NCBI GenBank assembly: GCA_937998875.1
Contig: CALLBO010000071.1
Span: 8,087-72,086 of the forward strand
From: an uncultured Granulosicoccaceae bacterium
Lineage (GTDB): Bacteria; Pseudomonadota; Gammaproteobacteria; Granulosicoccales; Granulosicoccaceae
Direction of reading: 5' to 3'
DNA length: 64,000 nucleotides
The position numbers were made by a program, and so were the translations under genes. How positions within the stretch are numbered: position 1 is the stretch's first letter; each line of letters starts with the position of its first letter. The notes beneath the pieces were generated by a model, which saw only the letters and a list, made by a program, of their open reading frames with translations, did no database searches and was not told the DNA's origin. Shown in pieces: positions 39,399 to 46,775 of the stretch.

Positions 39399-39737
39399 TT
39401 AAACGCAACCGGTTGGCTTTGGCAGGCCGGCGTACTTACAGGCCTGCTTGGCCGGTCCATAAGGATACAATTCATAAAGATATTTGCCGTTGCCGTATTC
39501 TTTACCAAGCTTCTTGCCAATCGCTTTGGTCAGAACACGTACCGCAGGTGCGATTTGATATTCCTCATAATACTCACGCAGGAAGTTGATCACCTCCCAG
39601 TGATTGTCCGTGAGTTCACAATCGTCGATCTCAGCCATGACGTTGGCCACACCAGGCTCCCAGTCGGCGAGGTTTTCAAGATAACCCTCTTCGTCAGTCG
39701 CCAGCTCTTTGCCGTTTACTTCGATACTGTTAGACAT
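39399..39737 (-). CDS. dsrC: DsrC with both C-terminal redox-active cysteines
   Basis: 112 aa. Ends ...AKQACKYAGLPKPTGCV, with a penultimate Cys and a second Cys 10 residues upstream. Contains NHWEVINFLREYY. Confidence 0.95.
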   Translation of the reverse strand: MSNSIEVNGKELATDEEGYLENLADWEPGVANVMAEIDDCELTDNHWEVINFLREYYEEYQIAPAVRVLTKAIGKKLGKEYGNGKYLYELYPYGPAKQACKYAGLPKPTGCV

Positions 39738-39796
39738 ATGTAGTCTCCGCTTTGTCGGCAGTGCTCAGTGATGCCGAACTTTAGATATGGTGCTCA

Positions 39797-40105
39797 TCAG
39801 AGCCAAGAGTGCACTCTATCATGCTCGGTAACCAGAGCAACGAAACCTTTGTAATCGACCGCAGTCAGCCCGTCGAGAAGTGACCTGTCAGCCAGCCCAC
39901 GTGCCTCCAGGTCAGGGGTTAGGACATAGAGTTTTTTATCTGCAGTTGCAGTCTTAAGCTGAGAGTCGTATGAGGTGCCACTCATTGCAACAACAACAGC
40001 ATCTTCTATTAAAATCACCGCATCATCTTTGCTGATCCGCGACAGACACTGATCAAGTGTACGTTTTTCAAACGGTGACTTATTGATTATGTTCAGTGTA
40101 GACAT
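39797..40105 (-). CDS. dsrH: DsrH (TusB-like)
   Basis: 102 aa, with DAVILIEDAVV motif. Operon position follows dsrF. Confidence 0.85.
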   Translation of the reverse strand: MSTLNIINKSPFEKRTLDQCLSRISKDDAVILIEDAVVVAMSGTSYDSQLKTATADKKLYVLTPDLEARGLADRSLLDGLTAVDYKGFVALVTEHDRVHSWL

Positions 40106-40107
40106 GA

Positions 40108-40491
40108 TTAGAAACTCAGTACTACGTCTTGCTGATCGATCAGCTCATTAACCCTGGCACGATCTATCATTTCAACGCCTACCAGTAAATCATCTGCGCT
40201 AAGGCCGCGCTCCTGTAGTGATTCTGTCTCTACGTAGAGCTTTTCAACGTCGTACATTTCAAGCGCCCGGTAGGCTTTTGAGAAATTCTTGAACTCTATT
40301 GATTCTGTATTTTGATCTTTCTTCAGCTGAAATACGCCATCATCAATAAATAGCATACTGACATCCTGATCAAATGCAGCGCCGATTAACACTGTTTCCA
40401 GTGATTCAATTGCATACGCAGTGCCATGTGGAACACGCCTGTTGATGTAGATAAACTTTTTCTCTACACCGCCACTGTATTCTTCTTCCAT
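40108..40491 (-). CDS. dsrF: DsrF (TusC-like)
   Basis: 127 aa. Contains FIYINRRVPHGTAYAIESLE...FIDDGVFQL. Confidence 0.85.
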   Translation of the reverse strand: MEEEYSGGVEKKFIYINRRVPHGTAYAIESLETVLIGAAFDQDVSMLFIDDGVFQLKKDQNTESIEFKNFSKAYRALEMYDVEKLYVETESLQERGLSADDLLVGVEMIDRARVNELIDQQDVVLSF

Positions 40492-40501
40492 CTTTGTCTT
40501 C

Positions 40502-40894
40502 TTAGTCTCCGAATGTCACTAGACGATCAGACTCGATACCGGCCTCTATCAACTGACCAAGCCCGGAGATACGAAACCCGTCAGCAACGTTGGTGGCGTC
40601 TTTCTTATTGCGATCTCGCTCACCTTCATCAACCATACCTCGCCGTTGACACGCAGCGACACACAATACCAGATCAACCCCCTTTTCCTGTGCAAGTGCC
40701 GACCATCGCTTTTGTATGTGGCGATCATCCTGTGGCGGGGTAGTCAGGTTAGTGCCGTTATTAACCCCGTCGTGATAGAAAAACACACGCGGTACTTCAT
40801 GGCCCGATTCGAGCGCTGCCAAGGCAAACTGATAAGCGCTGTCAGATGCCTGATGCTGATACGGACCTTCATTAACAAGAATCGATATTTTCAA
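40502..40894 (-). CDS. dsrE: DsrE (TusD-like), sulfur-transfer subunit
   Basis: 130 aa. Contains MKISILVNEGPY... and the active-site context LVLCVAACQRRG. Confidence 0.9.
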   Translation of the reverse strand: MKISILVNEGPYQHQASDSAYQFALAALESGHEVPRVFFYHDGVNNGTNLTTPPQDDRHIQKRWSALAQEKGVDLVLCVAACQRRGMVDEGERDRNKKDATNVADGFRISGLGQLIEAGIESDRLVTFGD

Positions 40895-40909
40895 CAGAGA
40901 CGACTCGAA

Positions 40910-42022
40910 TCAAAAACGGATATGACTTGAGGAATTAAGGCTCTTGCGAGCACCACGCCAGTTATCAATATGGAACTTGGTAAACGGCAGTTCGGTGATC
41001 TCAAAGAACCGCGGCCAGCCGATACGATCAATCCAGTCATTGATTCGCTCCCAGTCGCGTGCGTCTTCCTTATAGGCATAGAGAATTTTCTTGACCACCG
41101 CCGTGGCTTCAGGCCAGCGCGGCGGATTATTGGGTATGCCTGCTGCGACGAGTTTTTGAAACGAAGGTTTGCTGCGGGCATTGGAATGATTACCCCCAAC
41201 CCAGACAGCAAGCTTAGAATGCTCCGGGTCATTGATTTGCATCGGCGGACACGGCGGATAGCAGGCACCACAACAAATGCACTTTTTCTCATCAACCTCG
41301 AGAGATGGCTTACCGTTCACCATGGCTGGTCGAATCGCCGCTACCGGGCAACGGGCAACCACTGAAGGTCGCTCACAAACGTTAGCAACAAGATCATGAT
41401 TAATCTTCGGCGGCTTGGTGTGCTGTATATTGATAGCGATATCACCCTGCCCGCCACAGTTAATTTGACAGCACGATGTAGTGATATGTACCCGATTTGG
41501 CATCTCTGCGTGGGTGAACTCATGAATAAGCTCATCCATCATCGACTTAACAATACCTGACGCATCGGTTCCCGGAATATCGCAATGCAACCAGCCCTGG
41601 GTATGGGAAATCATTGCCACAGTGTTTTGCGTACCACCAACAATAAAGCCTGCGTCAGTGAGTGCTTTGATTAACGGTTGAACCTTGGCTTCAGCATCCA
41701 CCATGTATTCTATATTTGAGCGAATGGTAAAACGAACATGCCCGTCGCCATACTCATCACCAATATCACAGAGCTTTCTGAGAGTGTAGACATCAAGGAT
41801 ACGCTGAGTACCAGCCCGAACAGTCCAGATAGACTCACCGCTTGCAGCGGTATGGCATAACACTCCAGGTTGCGGATGTGTGTGACTTTCCCACTGGCCA
41901 AAGTTTCTTAGCATCACCGGATGGACATATTGCATACCATCCGGGCAACCGCTCTCAATGGCTGGTCGCATTTGCTTTTTGGCAGGTTTGCTTGCTGATT
42001 TCCCGGCAGGTGTAGTCGCCAT
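40910..42022 (-). CDS. dsrB: dissimilatory sulfite reductase beta subunit (oxidative type)
   Basis: The ATG lies 1 nt after the dsrA TAA, with GGAGG inside the dsrA end. Contains siroheme/Fe-S Cys motifs and a ferredoxin insert KCICCGACYPPCP. Confidence 0.95.
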   Translation of the reverse strand: MATTPAGKSASKPAKKQMRPAIESGCPDGMQYVHPVMLRNFGQWESHTHPQPGVLCHTAASGESIWTVRAGTQRILDVYTLRKLCDIGDEYGDGHVRFTIRSNIEYMVDAEAKVQPLIKALTDAGFIVGGTQNTVAMISHTQGWLHCDIPGTDASGIVKSMMDELIHEFTHAEMPNRVHITTSCCQINCGGQGDIAINIQHTKPPKINHDLVANVCERPSVVARCPVAAIRPAMVNGKPSLEVDEKKCICCGACYPPCPPMQINDPEHSKLAVWVGGNHSNARSKPSFQKLVAAGIPNNPPRWPEATAVVKKILYAYKEDARDWERINDWIDRIGWPRFFEITELPFTKFHIDNWRGARKSLNSSSHIRF

Positions 42023-42023
42023 G

Positions 42024-43307
42024 TTACGCACCTCCTGCTGCAGCGTCTTTGTCCTGCTCTTTGCGCTCAAACCATTTAGCTGCTTCGGCGTCCCACTCAT
42101 CCATTCTGACGTAGGAGCTTTCACGTGGATGATCGATCATTGCAGGGTCGACTTCGACACCAATACCTTCAAGGAAATTCACCAGACCGATACGTTCAAT
42201 CATCTCGCCGGTACGTTCGTGCTCAAGCGCATTTTCTGCAAAGAAGTCGATGGTCTCTTCCGCTATCTCTGTAATGCGCTCAAAGTCTTCATCTGTTTCA
42301 AGCTTCATGAATGGCACAATGACTGTACCGAACAGGTCACCGATTTTTAGCGTTCGTTTACCACCAATTAAAATACTAACGCCTTTATCGTCACCCGGGC
42401 TGAATGCCGTTGGCACAACATTGAGACAGTGCATACAACGTACACAGTTGCGATTATCTACTTCAATACTGTCATCATCTTTTAAAGCCAGCGCCTTGGT
42501 TGGACAGCGGGTGATGATGTTGTCGATCACGTGTTGTCTGCCCTTTCGATCGACATAGTCTTTAAATGCTTCCTGATCGACTTTCATGTCATCACGCCAT
42601 GTACCAATGACTGCAAAGTCAGCGCGTTCGATCGAGTTCATGCAGTCATTCGGGCAACCTGAGACCTTAAACTTGAACTTGTATGGCAACGCAGGGCGAT
42701 GAATGTCGTCAACAAAGTTGTTTACCAACTCACGATGCACGCGGTGCTCATTGGTGCATGACATTTCGCAACGCGCACTTCCAACACAAGACATAGCCGT
42801 TCGCACACAGGGCCCGGCCCCCCCCAGGTCAAACCCGTAGTCGTTGATCTCATCAAAGAAGTGCTGTGTGTTTTCGGTCGTTGAACCGATGAACATAATA
42901 TTGCCGGTCTGACCGTGAAAGGTCACCAGGCCTGAGCCGTGTTTCTCCCAGCTATCTGCAAGCGTGCGCAACACGTCTGTACTGTAGTGGTTGCCAGCCG
43001 GAGGCTGAACGCGCAAGGTGTGGAATTCTCGCGACTCCGGAAACATATCGCCGACTTCTGAGAATCTGGGAATAATTCCGCCACCATAGCCATAAACACT
43101 GACAGTGCCGCCCTTCCAATATCCTTTACGGGTCTTATAAGAGTGCTCGAGCTGACCGAGAAGATCATTGGCCATGCCGTTGACCCGGTCACTCGGGTGA
43201 TCATCACGCAGACGTTTAATACCAGAGACAAAACTCGGCCAGGGCCCCGTCTCGAGGTGATCCAGCATCGGCGTGTCGTGTTTTTTCCCGGACTCCGAAT
43301 CTGTCAT
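42024..43307 (-). CDS. dsrA: dissimilatory sulfite reductase alpha subunit (oxidative type)
   Basis: Contains CVGSARCEMSC (Cx5C...Cx3C), GCPNDC and the ferredoxin insert CVRCMHC. 427 aa. Confidence 0.95.
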   Translation of the reverse strand: MTDSESGKKHDTPMLDHLETGPWPSFVSGIKRLRDDHPSDRVNGMANDLLGQLEHSYKTRKGYWKGGTVSVYGYGGGIIPRFSEVGDMFPESREFHTLRVQPPAGNHYSTDVLRTLADSWEKHGSGLVTFHGQTGNIMFIGSTTENTQHFFDEINDYGFDLGGAGPCVRTAMSCVGSARCEMSCTNEHRVHRELVNNFVDDIHRPALPYKFKFKVSGCPNDCMNSIERADFAVIGTWRDDMKVDQEAFKDYVDRKGRQHVIDNIITRCPTKALALKDDDSIEVDNRNCVRCMHCLNVVPTAFSPGDDKGVSILIGGKRTLKIGDLFGTVIVPFMKLETDEDFERITEIAEETIDFFAENALEHERTGEMIERIGLVNFLEGIGVEVDPAMIDHPRESSYVRMDEWDAEAAKWFERKEQDKDAAAGGA

Positions 43308-43350
43308 CTACTCTGCCTCTCTGTTGCCGGTTTCCCAGGTCATTTTAGAT

Positions 43351-43377
43351 CTTATAGTCTTGCGTAATTCCTGCCAA
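43351..43377 (-). promoter_or_regulatory. candidate sigma70 promoter of the dsr operon
   Basis: On the minus strand: TTGGCA, 15-nt spacer, TATAAG, ~45 nt upstream of the dsrA ATG. Confidence 0.25.
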
Positions 43378-43513
43378 TAACCCTTTGTGCAAACGCCCGT
43401 CCAGTGACCTATCTCCAAAGGCATAGGCACATATCGCATCGTAAAACGCCTCGACTACGCTGGTTGAGAGGATAGCACCAGCAGTGTATCGTGACTCAGC
43501 TTTCCGATGAACA

Positions 43514-44434
43514 GTGAGCAATAAAGACTTGTTACTTCCTGCCTCTGCATTTCTCTCACAACCCGCGGGCTTTGTCCGATGGAGAGAGCTCAGGCTTGCC
43601 ATCCAGCGCGAGATGCAGCCGACAGTGGTTCAACTCAGCCCATCATTAACCACTGATGACGACGTACAAAATCTAAAACGGCTTTGCAGTCAGGTCGCAG
43701 CGATTGGTTTCTGCGTTTATGAATGGACTGAAGCAACAGAAGAGACAAACCGGGAGGTCCTGGCGCTTCACAGACGCTTATCGCTGGGAACCAGCGATCG
43801 GGGAGTTGTACAACAATCCGATGGCTTGTCACTGTTAGCCGATCTGTCTGATACTGATCAAGGACGCTTTGTGCCCTACACAGCTCGCGCAATGGGCTGG
43901 CATACAGATGGTTACTACAACCCTACGGATCAAAACGTAAGATGCTTCACACTCCACTGCTTGCAACCAGCTGCTACCGGGGGCGCACTTTCTCTCATGG
44001 ATGACCAGTTGTTGATCATCAAACTAATAGAAAAAGCACCGGAACTTGTCGACCTACTGAGCCACCCTGAGGCGATGATGATACCGGGCAACACCGACGA
44101 GCTCGGTCACGACCGTCCAGACTGCTATACACCGGTACTGTTTACCCACGCTGACGGGATACCGGCAACCCGCTTCACAACCAGACTCAGAAACATTAAG
44201 TGGCGAAACGATGAGACTAAAACCGCTGCTGAAACGATGAAGCAATTAATAGAATCGGGCACTGATCAGCACCACACTGTGAGGCTTCAGGCAAATCAGG
44301 GCATGGTGACCAGAAACATTCTGCATCGCCGGGAAGCTTTTACTGATGATCATCTTCACCGCAGGCAAATGCTGCGTGGCCGGTATCTGCAGTTACCACA
44401 ATTAACAGATAATCAGTTAGCGGGTGCATACTAG
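43514..44434 (+). CDS. Fe(II)/2-oxoglutarate dioxygenase of the TauD/gamma-butyrobetaine hydroxylase type
   Basis: WHTDGYY (HxD) and ...NILHRREAF (distal His plus Arg), spaced as in the clavaminate-synthase-like fold. The start is uncertain (GTG 43514 or ATG 43613). Confidence 0.65.
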   Translation: MSNKDLLLPASAFLSQPAGFVRWRELRLAIQREMQPTVVQLSPSLTTDDDVQNLKRLCSQVAAIGFCVYEWTEATEETNREVLALHRRLSLGTSDRGVVQQSDGLSLLADLSDTDQGRFVPYTARAMGWHTDGYYNPTDQNVRCFTLHCLQPAATGGALSLMDDQLLIIKLIEKAPELVDLLSHPEAMMIPGNTDELGHDRPDCYTPVLFTHADGIPATRFTTRLRNIKWRNDETKTAAETMKQLIESGTDQHHTVRLQANQGMVTRNILHRREAFTDDHLHRRQMLRGRYLQLPQLTDNQLAGAY

Positions 44435-44625
44435 TGCTGCATGTGAGTGATTTGTTATTGCAGCACCGCGAAGTCAACACGTTTGAAGAGTTTGTTGAAG
44501 TCGTCAAATTACGTGCCCTGGATGAAATGTTTTTCCGTATTGATCTTAAACCGCCATTCCCGGACACTCCTGAAAACTGGGACATGGTCCTCGAGGCCGC
44601 CTTCAGTAGCGCAAACAAACCGTGA
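44434..44625 (+). CDS. 63-aa hypothetical protein, translationally coupled on both sides
   Basis: The GTG start overlaps the upstream TAG (TAGTG). Its TGA overlaps the next GTG start (GTGA). Confidence 0.4.
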   Translation: MLHVSDLLLQHREVNTFEEFVEVVKLRALDEMFFRIDLKPPFPDTPENWDMVLEAAFSSANKP

Positions 44626-45371
44626 TTCACAGCACTGAAAATAACTCTGCAGATGAACTGAAGCTATCTGCTGCAGAACGTCTGTTGATGGATGATGCAG
44701 GCTACGCCGACAGACAGGATCGTCTTGAGACACTTAAAGAACAATCAAAACAGATCAATAACCCTGTTGAGCTCGCCGCCATTAACCTGGAAATGGCCGG
44801 TCTGCACCTCGACCTGGACGAAAAAAAACAGGCGGCTGTCAAGCTTAACGGACTAGTTGAAATCTTCATTCAACATGCGCAGTTTGAAGACGCAGCAAGA
44901 GCATGTCAGTACCGCTATCTATGTGAAGAGGAAGATTCGATCAGTGCTATCGGACAAGCCGCATGGTTATCAGTTACCTACCCGGTTGATCCCAATTTAA
45001 CGGTAAGCGTTCTTGATCAAATTATTGATGAGACACCGGACGAGTCTGATGGCGCTGCTGTTGCTGCAGCCACCGCCCACTATATTGTTGACCTGCGGTG
45101 CGACCCTGCAGAGAAAAAACATCTGCAACTATTTACCGGCTCGATGCTTGCGCGGGTTGCCAAACGACACAGCAAGATAGAGGATGATGACCAGTTTCAA
45201 CTTTGGGTCCGCACGATGGAACTCGACGAGCCAGAGAAGTTTCTGGTGAGACTGCGCAATGTGATTGACGTTTTGGTACAAACAGACTGGCTGTTTGATC
45301 GTGAGATCCTGCAAAAGCAATTGCCGGACAATCCCGATCATGACATCGACAATACCGGTGCAGATCTCTGA
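44622..45371 (+). CDS. acidic, predicted helical hypothetical protein
   Basis: 249 aa with no recognisable motif. Coupled to its neighbours by GTGA and TGATG overlaps. Confidence 0.5.
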   Translation: MIHSTENNSADELKLSAAERLLMDDAGYADRQDRLETLKEQSKQINNPVELAAINLEMAGLHLDLDEKKQAAVKLNGLVEIFIQHAQFEDAARACQYRYLCEEEDSISAIGQAAWLSVTYPVDPNLTVSVLDQIIDETPDESDGAAVAAATAHYIVDLRCDPAEKKHLQLFTGSMLARVAKRHSKIEDDDQFQLWVRTMELDEPEKFLVRLRNVIDVLVQTDWLFDREILQKQLPDNPDHDIDNTGADL

Positions 45372-46054
45372 TGAATTTATGGCAGGAGAATAGCGACGAA
45401 GTTTCCACCGCCCGGTCATCAAGCATGGCGGATGTGGTATTTAAAATTGAATGCAGACAGCTACCGGTTGACCATGCCGCCGAACTCGCAGAGGCACTTT
45501 GCAAAACGGCACCCTGGATAAAAGACCTGCCAGGAGCCGGTATTCATCCGATACACGTAGCAGGATCCCAAAACGGCTGGCAACGCCCTGACTCCTCAGG
45601 CAACGAACCATTGATTCTATCCAAAAGAACCCGCCTACGGGTTCGCTGCCCTGTTGATCGCGCAAAAGATCTTGTTGACGCGTTAACGGGTAGTCAACAT
45701 AGAATAGGCGCAGAAAATCTAGATATCCTTTCAGGTAGACCGGTACAGCTACAGCAATCTGCAGCTTTATTCTCACGCTACCTTACCTATAAAAACCCAC
45801 CTAAAGATGAAGACGAACTTTTAAGAAATGTTTTAGATGAGTGCGCTGCACTAAACTTTCAACCAACCAAACTGCTGTGTGGCAAGTCCACTATAGTCTC
45901 CACCGCTCAAGGCGACCTCGAAGCGAGAAGCCTGCTAATAGCGGACGTGCCACCCGGTTTCTCACTACAGTTACAAGAAAACGGACTCGGCGATTTTCGG
46001 TTAATGGGTTGCGGAATAATCATTCCACACAAAGATACTGAAGCAGTTAGCTGA
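45371..46054 (+). CDS. orphan Cas6/Cmx6-like RAMP-fold protein
   Basis: N-terminal DVVFKIECRQLPVDHAAELAEAL, central SKRTRLRVRCP, and a C-terminal glycine-rich loop LQENGLGDFRLMGCGIIIP. From memory these resemble Cas6 of subtype I-MYXAN. The start is either 45371 (TGATG coupling) or ATG 45425. Confidence 0.5.
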   Translation: MNLWQENSDEVSTARSSSMADVVFKIECRQLPVDHAAELAEALCKTAPWIKDLPGAGIHPIHVAGSQNGWQRPDSSGNEPLILSKRTRLRVRCPVDRAKDLVDALTGSQHRIGAENLDILSGRPVQLQQSAALFSRYLTYKNPPKDEDELLRNVLDECAALNFQPTKLLCGKSTIVSTAQGDLEARSLLIADVPPGFSLQLQENGLGDFRLMGCGIIIPHKDTEAVS

Positions 46055-46118
46055 ATCACGCCCGGCACACATCCATAGCGCTTTACTTTCAGCGCCCGAA
46101 TTTACCCCAAGATGAAGA

Positions 46119-46775
46119 TCAAGAAACCCCGATAGTGTTTTCACTTCTGTTAACACTGATCTCTGCCTCAGCAAACCTTTCTACAATGCCCTGCAGCACG
46201 GATAAGCGCTCTAACGGATCACTCATCGCGATTACACTATCGCGCTCACCTACAGTCATCGGCAGTAGTTCAGTTAACCGATTACTCACCCACGCGGCAT
46301 CTGCATAATTTGAGCTTGCATACTCAATGAAAGGCTTCACACGATTATAAACACGCCGTAACAGGTCAGATAGTTCGCGATGACACGACGGAAGCGCAAC
46401 TTTCTTCTCAGGTGGCAGCATTTCGACTTCTCCGATTACCAACCCGTTTGAATTGGCCAGTCCTTTTGAATTGGCCAGTCCTTGTGAATTGGAGTGTGCC
46501 TCTACAACACAGAATCTCTGCAAACCTTCTACCACTATAACCAACAGACCATCACCTTCACGATCCCAATCGACAATATTCACCATTGTTCCGTGTCGGA
46601 TGACCTGTGCTGCGCAGGCTTCCGACGCGCCGTTGTCCAGATAGGAGCCGAATCCGCCACCATGCCTGACACACGCACTAACCATTGCGATATGGTGTTG
46701 CTCAATTATCTTTACGCGAAGATAACCTCCAGGAAGCACAAGACTCTTGAAAGGAAACAGCGGCAGTCTTCTCAT
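46119..46775 (-). CDS. LON N-terminal (substrate-binding) domain protein
   Basis: MRRLPLFPFKSLVLPGGYLRVKIIE matches the LPLFPL..V.FPG...L.IFE signature. Standalone Lon-N domain of ~218 aa. Confidence 0.75.
   Translation of the reverse strand: MRRLPLFPFKSLVLPGGYLRVKIIEQHHIAMVSACVRHGGGFGSYLDNGASEACAAQVIRHGTMVNIVDWDREGDGLLVIVVEGLQRFCVVEAHSNSQGLANSKGLANSNGLVIGEVEMLPPEKKVALPSCHRELSDLLRRVYNRVKPFIEYASSNYADAAWVSNRLTELLPMTVGERDSVIAMSDPLERLSVLQGIVERFAEAEISVNRSENTIGVS
46453..46488 (-). repeat. two tandem 18-nt units (ttggccagtccttttgaa / ttggccagtccttgtgaa) inside the Lon-N gene
   Basis: Encodes GLANSKGLANS within SNSQGLANSKGLANSNGL. Confidence 0.85.

Noticed and set aside
40891-42350. Several 100-134-aa ORFs overlapping dsrB/dsrA in other frames or on the plus strand (40891-41295, 40970-41365, 41958-42350)
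   Set aside because: They lie entirely within strongly supported dsrAB coding sequence and have biased, non-protein-like composition.
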